Assembly: GCA_964602655.1 (NCBI GenBank) | Contig: CAZRSF010000014.1 | Location: 21,749-85,748, forward strand | Source of the DNA: an uncultured Candidatus Moduliflexus sp. | GTDB taxonomy: Bacteria > Moduliflexota > Moduliflexia > Moduliflexales > Moduliflexaceae | Length of the DNA: 64,000 nucleotides | Direction of reading: 5' to 3' | In this document: piece by piece, positions 37,706 through 47,631 of the stretch | Numbering within the stretch: the first letter of the stretch is position 1 | Layout: every line of letters starts with the position of its first letter | Program-made: the position numbers and the translations under genes | The notes under the pieces: generated by a model | Told to the model about the DNA's origin: nothing | Database searches by the model: none | What the model saw: the letters and a program-made list of their open reading frames with translations, nothing else

Positions 37706-39369
37706 ACATGCAGAGAACGTTAACGAGATATTGGCGAGACGTGTTCCTCGGCGTCGTCGTTTGTGTTGTAGGATTGGGAGTGACCGGGTGCGCAGGTCTG
37801 CCCTTCAATTCGTCAGGACAGCAGCAAGTCGAATCGGAATCATCATTTACATATCAGAAAGCGCAACGCTTATTCGATTCCGGGCAACTCGAGCAGGCCA
37901 TCGCGGTATGGGAACAGATTCCGCCGAATGATCCGAAGTACATTGACGCGCAATTAGCCATTAGAACGGCTCGTATAGAAATCCAGAAGACCGCTCAGCA
38001 GGAAACGTCTTCATTCCAAACCGCCTCGGAGTACGATACATTACTCGAACAAGGCGGAACGCTTGAGCAGGACGGACGTTTTCAGGAAGCGTTAGTGATG
38101 TATATACGCGCCCTCGATCTCCAGCCGGACAATAATGAGCTACAGCAAAAAATCGAAGAATTGTCCACAATCCTGGAAGATACGATTCAACGTCATGAAC
38201 GTTTAGGGGAATTATATCTCAGCAATGGCGAATACGAAAAAGCCAAAGCTGAATGGACGCAACTCCTGCAACTTATGCCGGACCACGCGGTTGCGCAGCA
38301 GCGCCTCGCAGATTTGGATGTGCTGTCTGCAAGCAGTGACAACGTGTTTGTTCAACGTGGTCGCTCACTGATGCAGAAAGGGCTGATTTTCCAGGCGCAG
38401 GCGGAATTTCAAAAAGCGTTGCGCGTGAATCCTGATAGCGCTCAAACTCGTCACTATCTCTCAACATTAGAGAATATTCCGTTTACACCTTATCAGGTAA
38501 AAAAAGGAGATACACTCTCTTCGATTGCGCAGCAATACAGCCAAAGCCCCTCCGACTACGCGATTCTTGCTGATTTCAATCATCTGCCTCTCGATGCCGC
38601 GCTTCAGGTTGGTCAAACGCTCAATATCCCGCACATTCTCGGATTCAAAGCCACGCTTGCCCCTGAAGAGCAAGATGTGTTGATCGAGCCGTCCGTCGCG
38701 TCCGAACAGGAACCCCCGTCAGAAGTTCGCGAAATTACGCCGATTTCTGCGGAAGAACGCACTCAGCATCTTCAACGTATTTTTCAACAAGGCGTTGCAG
38801 CTTATGAAGCCGGAAATTATCGCGAGGCGGTGGCATTATTTAACGAAGTGTATCAAAACGATTCGGAGAATCTTGACGCCTATAATTATTTCTTGCGCGC
38901 AATGACGAAACTTCAAGGGGGCAGTTTGGAGAGCGAAGCGCCTCCGCAACAACCGGAAACATCTGCTGATTCTGCGGAAGAAGAAGTCGACCTTTTACTG
39001 ATTGCGGCCAATTCCTACCGCGATAACGGCGATTTGCAAAAAGCGATCACCGTATATGAACAAGCGTTGCAATTAGCCCCTGAAAATCCTGAAATCAACG
39101 AATTACTTGAACAGGCGCGCGAGGAGTTGAAGACACAGATTACCGCTCATTTGAACGAGGGCATCAAACTCTTCAATCAGGAAGCGATTAAAGAAGCGAT
39201 TACAGAATGGGATATTGTCTTACAGCTTGAGCCATCCAATCAACAGGCATCCGAGTATAAAAAACGCGCGCAGAAAATGTTAGAAGTCTTCGAACCAAAA
39301 GAAGACGCAAACGCGGCGCAACAGCCACTCCCAACGACAGCAGCACCTCCTGAAAACGAAACCGATTAA
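37702..39369 (+). CDS. TPR-repeat + LysM-domain lipoprotein; its start overlaps the rsbW-like stop
   Basis: Lipobox-like LGVTGC. Multiple TPR units on either side. Central LysM ([32 protein letters not shown]). Confidence 0.75.
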   Translation: MNMQRTLTRYWRDVFLGVVVCVVGLGVTGCAGLPFNSSGQQQVESESSFTYQKAQRLFDSGQLEQAIAVWEQIPPNDPKYIDAQLAIRTARIEIQKTAQQETSSFQTASEYDTLLEQGGTLEQDGRFQEALVMYIRALDLQPDNNELQQKIEELSTILEDTIQRHERLGELYLSNGEYEKAKAEWTQLLQLMPDHAVAQQRLADLDVLSASSDNVFVQRGRSLMQKGLIFQAQAEFQKALRVNPDSAQTRHYLSTLENIPFTPYQVKKGDTLSSIAQQYSQSPSDYAILADFNHLPLDAALQVGQTLNIPHILGFKATLAPEEQDVLIEPSVASEQEPPSEVREITPISAEERTQHLQRIFQQGVAAYEAGNYREAVALFNEVYQNDSENLDAYNYFLRAMTKLQGGSLESEAPPQQPETSADSAEEEVDLLLIAANSYRDNGDLQKAITVYEQALQLAPENPEINELLEQAREELKTQITAHLNEGIKLFNQEAIKEAITEWDIVLQLEPSNQQASEYKKRAQKMLEVFEPKEDANAAQQPLPTTAAPPENETD

Positions 39370-39614
39370 TCTACAGGCGGTTGCTGCTGCTGAGAGGAGG
39401 AATGGTCTGATTTTATGATCGGTTTTGACGCCGCGGGTTCATCAAGCTGCCGCAACTCGGCGTCAAGCGTTTGACGCACATCATTGGTGGCGCGTTTGAA
39501 TTCCGCAAATCCGCGGCCTAACGCCCTCGCAAGCTCTGGAAGTTTCTTTGGCCCCACCACTAATAAGGCGATCACTAAAATCACGATGAGTTCTTGCATT
39601 CCAATCCCAAACAT
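39366..39614 (-). CDS. tatA: Twin-arginine translocase subunit TatA/E (start at the Met at 39614 with an AAGGAAGG RBS)
   Basis: TatA hallmark [34 protein letters not shown]. Confidence 0.85.
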   Translation of the reverse strand: MFGIGMQELIVILVIALLVVGPKKLPELARALGRGFAEFKRATNDVRQTLDAELRQLDEPAASKPIIKSDHSSSQQQQPPVD

Positions 39615-39817
39615 AACGCCTTCCTTCATAACGACTTGCGGGTTGATAACAGGTTTGTCAAGCAGAATGATGTTGACGCAAGATCGCGCCCTACGCGGCG
39701 ATTCTAATCATACGCATGTTCATTGTAGAAACGTCTCAGATTTTCTGTCAATACTTTGTTCGAAAATTTCACAGAATTTTGACCTTGACAGATAGCCTCA
39801 CACACCCTAATGTAATA

Positions 39818-39841
39818 CATGTATGAACATACATGCTGTTC
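39818..39841. promoter_or_regulatory. Palindromes upstream of the BRCT gene: catgtatg-aa-catacatg overlapping GAACAtacatgcTGTTC
   Basis: Perfect inverted repeats read directly; they lie about 45 nt upstream of the ATG at 39883. Confidence 0.35.
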
Positions 39842-39882
39842 GCTCGATATATATCCACCACCGCAGCAAGGAGGAGTAGGCT

Positions 39883-40167
39883 ATGATTTCAGGAAAAAGT
39901 TTTGCATTTACCGGCGAGTTATCAACCATGTCTCGTAAACGCGCACAAGAAGAAGTGTTGCGTAAAGGCGGCTCAATCCCCAGCAGTGTCACACATGAAC
40001 TGGATTACTTAGTCGTCGGTAATTTAAACTCCCCATTATTGAATGCTCACGCCAAAAAAGGGAAAAAATTCCTGAAGGTCGAGGAACTGAATGAACGGAG
40101 CGACGAAATCAAAATTATTACCGAAGGACAGTTCATAGATATGTTGGAAACCGATCTGGAAGAGTAA
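39883..40167 (+). CDS. Stand-alone BRCT-domain protein (94 aa; resembles the C-terminal BRCT of NAD-dependent DNA ligase)
   Basis: BRCT pattern GKSFAFTGELSTMSRKRAQEEVLRKGGSIPSSVTHELDYLVVG. AAGGAGG RBS. Confidence 0.7.
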   Translation: MISGKSFAFTGELSTMSRKRAQEEVLRKGGSIPSSVTHELDYLVVGNLNSPLLNAHAKKGKKFLKVEELNERSDEIKIITEGQFIDMLETDLEE

Positions 40168-40246
40168 ATTTTTCCTGAATACTGAGGGCGGTTCAAGGCG
40201 TTACTGATTCTGCTGTAACGCCTTGTGTATTTTTTGCGACATGGGA

Positions 40247-41263
40247 TTAAGAAAACATGGACAGGACACGAGGCGGCTGGCGTGTATTTCTCTTACCCTC
40301 ACAGGTAAAAATCTCCGCAAATTCATCGCCATGACATTCCAGCGATTTCTCATAATAGAATTCCGCCTGCTTGATTTGATTGAGCGCCAAATGGGAAAAC
40401 GCTAAATAATGATAGATTTCCAGAGGGATCGGTTCACCATTTAACACGGTTTGAAACTCTTTGAGCGCGTCAACATATTGCTTTTCATAAAACAATAATT
40501 TTCCCAACTCGAAATGGACGCCCGTGTTTTCTGGTTCCATTATCGCCGCGCGCGAATAACATCGTCTGGCTAAATGTTCCTTTCCTTGCGCGCTGGCTAA
40601 ATCGCCGAGATCATGATAATCTTCTGGAATGACTCCGTTTGTATGTCCAGGCGCGACATTCCGTAAACGCGTTTTCGTCAATCTCAACCAAAACGACAAG
40701 ATCGCGATGGTGACGGTACAGATGCCAATACTAAGACATAACAGGAGGCAAACGCGCGATGAAAAGCAAGGAGTTGAGAAGGAAAATAAGGTTAGTCGAG
40801 GCGCGATCTCTGAGGCGGCATGAGATGTTCGAACCAGAGAACGGAGCGCATAAGCCACTTCATATTCGGCCTGCGAACCCGGGTCGTTTACAAAAATTTT
40901 GAGATAATGCGAGGAGGCGGAAACGCTCTGAAAAATCACGGTGGCCGGGGTACTGATCGCCTTCTGGTCAAACGCCGCGCCATACGGGTCGCGTCCGTAA
41001 AAATTTACGAAGATTGTCCCGACAACATGGGTAAATTGCAGCGTGATTTCCAGCATATTTCCCTGAGGCATGTCAAGAGAATGCGGTTCGACGCGCAGCC
41101 AATCGGCGAATTCTCCCTCATCAGATCGAACCCGCCTCATATCGGGCGTTGTCGTTATCACTGCCACATGTTCAGGAACAATAGAAGCAAACGCAACGGC
41201 GGTATCTGTGAGAGCCATGCGACCGATCCACCCTGAACACAGCAGGAAAAGAAGAGAGAACAT
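40247..41263 (-). CDS. Membrane-anchored TPR-repeat protein (signal/extracytoplasmic domain, one TM, cytoplasmic TPRs); the ORF opens at 41323
   Basis: TPR-like repeats in the C-terminal third (YSRAAIMEPENTGVHFELGKLLFYEKQYVDALKEFQTVL ...) and a central TM. Confidence 0.55.
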   Translation of the reverse strand: MFSLLFLLCSGWIGRMALTDTAVAFASIVPEHVAVITTTPDMRRVRSDEGEFADWLRVEPHSLDMPQGNMLEITLQFTHVVGTIFVNFYGRDPYGAAFDQKAISTPATVIFQSVSASSHYLKIFVNDPGSQAEYEVAYALRSLVRTSHAASEIAPRLTLFSFSTPCFSSRVCLLLCLSIGICTVTIAILSFWLRLTKTRLRNVAPGHTNGVIPEDYHDLGDLASAQGKEHLARRCYSRAAIMEPENTGVHFELGKLLFYEKQYVDALKEFQTVLNGEPIPLEIYHYLAFSHLALNQIKQAEFYYEKSLECHGDEFAEIFTCEGKRNTRQPPRVLSMFS

Positions 41264-41630
41264 TCGGATGCGAAGGCATCGAATGTCTCCCCTATTCACT
41301 GTGACAACTGGGTATTGCTGCATATTGACACCCCACGAGACTGAATGACGTTACAATCGTATTGTTAACCGTTAGAAGAAATTTTCTCTTATTGGTATAA
41401 GAAGAAGTCGCTGATTTTACAGAAAGTCCGATTCTTCAGGAATCGTAAGGAATTAAGACGAGTACAGCGAGATCGTCGTTATGCGCTGAAAAGCGTTTCC
41501 GTTGCGATATTCTTCTTGACAGACAGTATTTGACGTGTAAAAAAGAGTGGACATCTCTGAAAAAATCAACGCCCCCAAAAGGCGTGATCGGCGTGAAACA
41601 CGTTGGCAAAAAGGATAACATTCGCGCAAC

Positions 41631-42857
41631 ATGAAAAAACAGGCGGTGATCTGTGTTGATGATGAACGCTTAGTGCTGGCAAGTTTGACACGCGAACTGC
41701 ACCGCATGTTAGAGGCCGCCTTCTTGATCGAAACCTCCGAAGATGGCGAGGACGCGCTGGATGTGTTCCAGGAACTCCTCGCGGACGGCTACGACGTGCC
41801 GCTCGTGATTTCCGACTATATCATGCCCGGCATGAAAGGGGACGAATTGCTGCGGCGCATCCATGAACTCTCGCCGAATACGCTGACCATCATGCTTACC
41901 GGACAGGCGGATATGGAGGCTATCGCCAATGCGATCAATTACGCCAATCTGTACCGATTTCTTGCCAAACCCTGGCATCAATCCGATCTGAGCCTGACGG
42001 TGAAAGAGGCATTACGAAGCTATGGGCAGGCGCGACAATTGGAAGAGCATTACGCCATGCTGGAAAATATGAACGTGATTCTTGAACAGCAAGTGAAAGA
42101 GCGCACCGCCGAATTGGAAGCCCAGCATCTCGAATTGCAAGAGAAAAACGAACAGCTTCACGCCGCCAACGCCAGCAAAGATAAATTTTTTTCCATCATC
42201 TCGCATGACCTCAGAAGCCCGCTCAGCACACTGCTCGGCTTTGCTCAACTCCTCTCGGAACACATCCGCACTGCGCCGATTGACCAGGTGTCCGGCTATG
42301 CCGACAACGTCCGCAACTCCGCCGAACGGTTGAACGCCCTCTTGGAAAATCTGCTAAGCTGGTCGCGTTTGCAGCGCGGTGTCATGGAACATTGCCCCGA
42401 AGACATTGCGCTCCACGAATTGATTGAGGATAATCTCGCGCTCTTTGCCTCGAAAGCGGAAAGCAAACACATCCGGTTAAGCAGCGCAATCGCTGAAGAT
42501 GTACGGGTGTACGCCGATTACAATATGGTGAATACGGTGGTGCGCAATCTGCTCTCCAACGCGCTGAAATTCAGCCGCGCCGGCGATTCGATTCGTCTGA
42601 GCGCGACCGTGTCCGACCGTCATGTCGAAATCGTGGTCGCTGACACCGGCCCCGGCATTCCCGCCGACGCTCTGCCAAAACTATTTCGTTCGGACGCGCA
42701 CCATACCAGCCTCGGCACAGCCGGAGAAACCGGCACCGGCTTGGGCTTGCTGCTCTGCCAGGATATGGTGGAGAAAAACAGCGGTTCGATCTGGGTCGAA
42801 AGCGAAGCCGGCAACGGCGCAACTTTCCGCTTCACGTTACCGAAAGCACATCAATAA
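41631..42857 (+). CDS. Hybrid two-component protein: N-terminal receiver (REC) domain fused to HisKA + HATPase_c histidine kinase
   Basis: Receiver Asp context (LVISDYIMPGMKG). Coiled-coil linker. H-box FFSIISHDLRSPL. N, G1 and G2 boxes (NLLSNALKF, DTGPGI, GTGLGL). Confidence 0.85.
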   Translation: MKKQAVICVDDERLVLASLTRELHRMLEAAFLIETSEDGEDALDVFQELLADGYDVPLVISDYIMPGMKGDELLRRIHELSPNTLTIMLTGQADMEAIANAINYANLYRFLAKPWHQSDLSLTVKEALRSYGQARQLEEHYAMLENMNVILEQQVKERTAELEAQHLELQEKNEQLHAANASKDKFFSIISHDLRSPLSTLLGFAQLLSEHIRTAPIDQVSGYADNVRNSAERLNALLENLLSWSRLQRGVMEHCPEDIALHELIEDNLALFASKAESKHIRLSSAIAEDVRVYADYNMVNTVVRNLLSNALKFSRAGDSIRLSATVSDRHVEIVVADTGPGIPADALPKLFRSDAHHTSLGTAGETGTGLGLLLCQDMVEKNSGSIWVESEAGNGATFRFTLPKAHQ

Positions 42858-43092
42858 ACTCTTCCAGACGGGTTCAGGCGAACTCTCACGCAATGTCGTT
42901 TATCGAAGGCCGAAAAGATCGATCTTGCTCCAATGCTCTTATTGCAGGCGGGATGTTTGTCTTATTCCGACAAAAGTGGTTTGAGGGGGGGTATATCGAA
43001 CGTATCGAGAACAAAAACGCTATTAACTGCATTGATAAATAGCCGTCCGAGGTCTCTCACAGTGTACATCTTAAAACAACAGCAGTACCGGG

Positions 43093-43133
43093 TCAAAGCT
43101 CTGCTTTGACACATCAACGCAGAGCTTTGACAC
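43093..43133. terminator. 13-bp perfect inverted repeat (gtcaaagctctgc ... gcagagctttgac) between the convergent kinase and nuclease genes
   Basis: Read directly; it is positioned as a bidirectional terminator. Confidence 0.5.
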
Positions 43134-43212
43134 TCCGATGAACACCTAAAATTGTAGAGTCGAAATTTGTTGCGACAGCAGGAATGAAACCGTTGTTATG
43201 CGTGTAACAGGC

Positions 43213-43932
43213 TCATTGTGGTAGCAAAATCAGCACGCCGGCATTCATCAGGAACGCGCAGAGCAGAAAGCCGAGGATCAGGCCGAAGAGGAAGCTGACG
43301 ACCGAATACGTCGTTAATTTCCAGCTTGTGGATTTTTGGGGATTTTTGGAGCGAGGGGCATTGTGATGAATTGGGCCGCGCCGATGCGCTTCCGCGTCTC
43401 TGAACACGTCGTCGAACTGGCGTTCATACGCCGGAGTCGTCCAGTAGTACGGGTCGTTCGCGCCTCTGGCTTTGTAGATAGCAGCATAGCCGCGCCGGAC
43501 GAGTTCAAGGCCGAGATTCTCTTTTTTCCACCCGAAACTGTTTCGCGTAAATGCCATGACAAGAATGCGCCCGGTCTGGTCTTTGATCAGATCGCCATTG
43601 GGAAACTGGGCATATTCGATGATAATCTCTTTGCCTTCGATTTGACGGAGAAATACGGTAGATTCCGCCGCGCCCGGTTCGGATTTTTGCATTTCCTGAA
43701 GCAAATCAACGTCTGCGCCTGCTTTGTTCAGAAGTTTTGCCGCGGAACTTAGCCCGCCGGGGCAGGTGATTTTGACAAGGCGCGCCGCCACGTTTTGCTG
43801 GTATTTACGCAGCAGTCTCCGTGTATTCCAGACGGCGGAGAACATTTCGCCATTCGACACTTGCGTACAGCGCACGACTGCCGTCTTGATTTGATATTGG
43901 ACGCGTTGGCTCTCACGAGGTTTTTTGGCCAT
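43213..43932 (-). CDS. Putative thermonuclease (SNase-like) family protein with C-terminal TM anchor; start at the Met at 43932 (ORF opens at 44016)
   Basis: The central region loosely resembles the SNase fold (GKEIIIEYAQFPNGDLIKDQTGRILVMAFTRN ... LELVRRGYAAIY). A hydrophobic C-terminal helix is present. The assignment is tentative. Confidence 0.45.
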   Translation of the reverse strand: MAKKPRESQRVQYQIKTAVVRCTQVSNGEMFSAVWNTRRLLRKYQQNVAARLVKITCPGGLSSAAKLLNKAGADVDLLQEMQKSEPGAAESTVFLRQIEGKEIIIEYAQFPNGDLIKDQTGRILVMAFTRNSFGWKKENLGLELVRRGYAAIYKARGANDPYYWTTPAYERQFDDVFRDAEAHRRGPIHHNAPRSKNPQKSTSWKLTTYSVVSFLFGLILGFLLCAFLMNAGVLILLPQ

Positions 43933-44087
43933 AATGACATGTTCCTCACATCTCTGCGGCATGTTCGCCATTTGGGAGACAGGTCGGACGATAGCGCAAA
44001 CATGTCGCGCTGTCAATCAAAAAAAACGAAAGGGTCTTAATCCGTTGTTTTACGGGCGTTTTATTGATGCGAGTAGTGATTTCTGAT

Positions 44088-44122
44088 AAGTCCTGACAGG
44101 GTTTAAAACCCTGTCAGGACTA
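44088..44122. terminator. Perfect palindrome agtcctgacagggttt-aaa-accctgtcaggact downstream of thyX
   Basis: Read directly. It is related to the other cagggttt...aaaccctg hairpins in the window. Confidence 0.6.
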
Positions 44123-44151
44123 ACACTCGTCTGGCGCGCATCGCCCCATCG

Positions 44152-44961
44152 TCAAATCTTCCAATATTTCGGCTTCCAGAACCCGTCGTCGGTCTGCTCG
44201 AAATCGGTAAAAATCGTCGGTTCGCTTTCCAGCATTTTTTTCAGAATCAGGCTGAAGACGTAAGCGATTTCCTCTTCGGCAGCGGCATCCACGCGCACGG
44301 TCAGCACATGCCGCAGCGCCCGCAGATTGCCCGTCCAGACACCGCCGGTCGCCACGCCCATGCCGATAATTCGGCGCATCATGGAGGTGAGCTTTTTCTT
44401 TTCCTTAAATTCTTTGAGCGTATCCAATTGCCAGATGTCTTCCAATTCCCGATAATTCTCTTCCATCTGCCGGAACGCGCGCTCGAATACGGCACGGGTG
44501 CGGGCTTTGGCGTCGGAAATCTCTTCGGGATCGTCGGCCTCGTCGCGAATGGAAAAGGGCATCCAGAAGGGAATGTCTGAAAAACGAATATAGCGCATCG
44601 AGCCTTCGCTGATCGCCCAGCCCGCGCGATGTCGATTCATTTCCGCCGTAAACACGCGGCTGACATTCTCGATGGCGAACGTGTAGGTCACATGTTCCAA
44701 CACGCTGCCGTGCCTCGATTTGAGGATGTTTTCGATAAATTCCACGATATCTTTGCGGACACGGGTAATGTTCGGATTCAAGCCTGGCTCGAAGGATAGA
44801 TAACAGCGTTTCCCCGCCAGCACAGTCAATAATTCTGCGTCGGAGCACTGGTCGGGAATCTCGTAATTGACCGCGCCGAGATCGTCAATCCAACGGCGAG
44901 CTTCGTCGCGGTCAACCTGAGATTTTGCAAGGACATACACCATCGGTTCCACAAGTCGCAT
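44152..44961 (-). CDS. thyX: FAD-dependent thymidylate synthase ThyX
   Basis: ThyX motif RHRAGWAISEGSMRY (RHR-x7-S-x-R) and ~270-aa length. Confidence 0.88.
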   Translation of the reverse strand: MRLVEPMVYVLAKSQVDRDEARRWIDDLGAVNYEIPDQCSDAELLTVLAGKRCYLSFEPGLNPNITRVRKDIVEFIENILKSRHGSVLEHVTYTFAIENVSRVFTAEMNRHRAGWAISEGSMRYIRFSDIPFWMPFSIRDEADDPEEISDAKARTRAVFERAFRQMEENYRELEDIWQLDTLKEFKEKKKLTSMMRRIIGMGVATGGVWTGNLRALRHVLTVRVDAAAEEEIAYVFSLILKKMLESEPTIFTDFEQTDDGFWKPKYWKI

Positions 44962-45131
44962 AAATCGGTTCTCCTCTTTTTTTATAAATTTTTAAATCAT
45001 TCTCCTTGAAAAATTTCCCGATGCGCCTACATTACATTGTAATTGGCGCATTCTTCGCAGAAAGAATCTTTTTGGAATACGGACGCGCAAGTCAAGAAAT
45101 AAGAAAGAGCGTCGCTATTTAGCTGTGCCGG

Positions 45132-45164
45132 CGAACGGCTGTGTTCGCCGAACATGGCTGTTCG
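45132..45164. promoter_or_regulatory. Two adjacent CGAAC-N6-GTTCG palindromes (cgaacggctgtgttcg / cgaacatggctgttcg) in the divergent thyX <-> zinc-ribbon/rfaE intergenic region
   Basis: Read directly; a candidate repressor operator pair. Confidence 0.4.
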
Positions 45165-45263
45165 ACGGTACGCGCAGCGACACAACGAGCCTGAATACAA
45201 CGGTACAATATAACACTTCGGGCTGAAACCGCACCGTGTCTCAGTCCGAAGAAATACACGCAC

Positions 45264-45593
45264 ATGAAAATTCATTGTTACGAATGTGGGAAAGAGTTCA
45301 AACCCGCCACCGGTTTTTATATCGAACGCCGGGTGACGAATCCCGATGTCGTGCCTGCTGAGACCGTCTTGACGGGATATGGCTATTGTTCCGCCGAATG
45401 CGCGGCGAAGAATCATATTCTGGCCGAAGATATCGAACTTCAGGATGTGGGCAATTTCGAGACGCCGGACACCAATGCCACTCTTATCCCCGATGAAGGC
45501 GAGGAAGTCCGCCAAGTGCAGCGCGTGTCGAATACGAAGAAAGACAAACGCAAACGCTGGCTGAGGCAGGCGCTCAACGTCGAGGATAAGTAA
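45264..45593 (+). CDS. Small zinc-ribbon-like protein (CxxC ... CxxxC), hypothetical
   Basis: Contains CYECGKEF and YGYCSAECAAKN and a basic C-terminus. It ends 4 nt before the heptose-adenylyltransferase gene. Confidence 0.45.
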   Translation: MKIHCYECGKEFKPATGFYIERRVTNPDVVPAETVLTGYGYCSAECAAKNHILAEDIELQDVGNFETPDTNATLIPDEGEEVRQVQRVSNTKKDKRKRWLRQALNVEDK

Positions 45594-45596
45594 GCG

Positions 45597-46517
45597 ATGG
45601 CGCGGAAACTTTTTGAGCGCGGCGTGCTTGCTGCGCGTATTGCCCGACTCAAAGCGCAAGGCAAGATCATTGTCACCACAAACGGCAGCTTCGATCTGCT
45701 GCATATCGGACATGTGACGATGCTGCAAGAAGCAAAGTCGCTCGGCGACACGCTGGTTGTCGGGATCAATAGCGACCGCAGTATCCGCCGCTATAAAGGC
45801 AAATCGCGTCCGATCTGCCCGGAAGCGCATCGCGTCGGCATGCTCGCCGCATTGAAATGCGTGGATTATCTCACCGTGTTCGACGAACTCACGCCGATCG
45901 AACTCCTCGACGCGATTCGACCGCATATTCACGTCAACTCCCCGGAACATGGACGCGACTGCGTCGAACGCGAGGTCGTGGAGCGGCATGGCGGGCGGAT
46001 TCATTTAGCCGCGCTGGTCGAAGGCATGTCCACCTCCGAATTGCTGCGCCGCATCGCTGACAGCCTCGCGCATCCTGCTTGCTTCGGCCTCTTTTTTCGA
46101 GTGCGGGATGTCTGGGAATCGTCTGTTGGCGGCATCACAGATGCGAGCATTGACGCGCTTCAGGCGTGTACGCAACAAGATTATCGGCTTTTTTTGAGCG
46201 GAGACTCCGAGGAAACAACCTTGCTGCAAACGATACTCGCTTCGCGGATCAGACAGGCGGCGATGACGTGGCTGCCGCAGTCAACGCTTTCCGCGTCTGC
46301 GTTAGAACAGGCCGTTGACGACGATGATGTGATTCTCTCGAAAAGCGTCATCATCAGCCGCGATATGGCGGATATTCGCCTCGGACGCGATATGAACTGC
46401 ACAACCATTCTGCTTTCCAATCATCCCGCCCCTGATTTGTCCTCGGTTTCCGGCGGCGGCCCTCATGTCATTATTCCGACATTCGCCGAAGCGGTCGCGA
46501 GCCTTGTTTCAGCTTAA
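45597..46517 (+). CDS. D-glycero-beta-D-manno-heptose-1-phosphate adenylyltransferase-like (RfaE domain II / cytidylyltransferase fold) with a ~150-aa C-terminal extension of unknown function
   Basis: The N-terminal 150 aa carry the (H/T)xGH nucleotidyltransferase motif (TNGSFDLLHIGHVTMLQEAK) and ISxxR-like region. The C-terminal half lacks clear motifs. Confidence 0.75.
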   Translation: MARKLFERGVLAARIARLKAQGKIIVTTNGSFDLLHIGHVTMLQEAKSLGDTLVVGINSDRSIRRYKGKSRPICPEAHRVGMLAALKCVDYLTVFDELTPIELLDAIRPHIHVNSPEHGRDCVEREVVERHGGRIHLAALVEGMSTSELLRRIADSLAHPACFGLFFRVRDVWESSVGGITDASIDALQACTQQDYRLFLSGDSEETTLLQTILASRIRQAAMTWLPQSTLSASALEQAVDDDDVILSKSVIISRDMADIRLGRDMNCTTILLSNHPAPDLSSVSGGGPHVIIPTFAEAVASLVSA

Positions 46518-46702
46518 TCGTTCGTCACTGTTCACCGATAGCCTTTTTCTTTATTTTAGTAAAAAATGAGAGTGATCAAGTTGTTTTCAAGAAAAATTCT
46601 TGACACGCAGACCTGCCTTTCTCCTACATTGTTTAACAGAATACGTTCGCAACGTTTGGTCGTCAGTGAAGAATATGCTAGGAGAGGAGAAGGATTTCTG
46701 CT

Positions 46703-47617
46703 ATGGGGCAAAAAAAAGGCGTTTTTTTCTATCTTCACCGTGATTATATCTTGTATCTGTTTCTCTTACCGGCAATTTTGTATTTTGCGATCTTCAGATA
46801 TGGCCCGATGGCGGGGATTGTGATCGCCTTCAAAGATTACAATATCTTTCAAGGAATCATCGCCAGTAAATGGGTCGGATTAGAGGTGTTCAGGAGAATA
46901 TTTCAAGAAGAATTCTTCTGGCTATCGGTCAAAAATACGGTGATCTTGAATCTGTTAGTATTAGCCGTCACATTTCCAGCATCAATTATCTTGTCGTTGA
47001 TGTTAAATGAAATCAACAGCAAGTTCTTCAAAAAAACCTCCCAGTCCATCCTCTATTTGCCATATTTTATTTCGTGGGTCACTATCGCTGGAATTGTCAC
47101 GAACATGTTTTCACTCAACAATGGTTCGATCAATAATCTGTTTATTCGGATGGGGCAAGACCCTATCCCGTTTTTGATCGAAAACCGCTGGTGGATTTTC
47201 GTCTATGTGCTGGCGAATGTCTGGAAAGATGTGGGGTGGGGAACGATTGTTTACTTGGCCGCGCTTGCAGGGGTTGATGAAGCCCTGTATGAGGCCGCGT
47301 ATATAGATGGCGCAACCAAGTTGCAACGGATATGGTATATTACCTTGCCTGGAATTCGTTCAACGATGCTCGTGATGTTCATTTTATCGATCAGTCGGAT
47401 GATGTATATCGGCTTAGACGCTCCATTGCTGTTACAGAACAGTAAAATTATCGACGTGTCGGAAGTCTTAAGCACCTATGTTTATAAAATGGGTCTGCAA
47501 CGAGTTCAATACAGCTTTGCGACAGCCGTCGGATTATTCCAGTCTGCGATCAATATTGTCTTGCTGATGCTTGCCAATCTCTTAGCCAAAGCGCTCGGAG
47601 AAGAAGGCGTTTTTTAA
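46703..47617 (+). CDS. Carbohydrate ABC transporter permease (CUT1; LplB-like)
   Basis: LplB-type N-terminus (RDYILYLFLLPAILYFAIFRYGPMAGIVIAFKDY) and EAA loop. Confidence 0.85.
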   Translation: MGQKKGVFFYLHRDYILYLFLLPAILYFAIFRYGPMAGIVIAFKDYNIFQGIIASKWVGLEVFRRIFQEEFFWLSVKNTVILNLLVLAVTFPASIILSLMLNEINSKFFKKTSQSILYLPYFISWVTIAGIVTNMFSLNNGSINNLFIRMGQDPIPFLIENRWWIFVYVLANVWKDVGWGTIVYLAALAGVDEALYEAAYIDGATKLQRIWYITLPGIRSTMLVMFILSISRMMYIGLDAPLLLQNSKIIDVSEVLSTYVYKMGLQRVQYSFATAVGLFQSAINIVLLMLANLLAKALGEEGVF

Positions 47618-47631
47618 CAGACGAAAGAGGG

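Noticed and set aside
45027-46004. 325-aa minus-strand ORF
   Set aside because: It lies antisense to the zinc-ribbon and rfaE-like genes. It has Arg/His-rich composition typical of shadow ORFs. The plus strand carries a clear nucleotidyltransferase motif.
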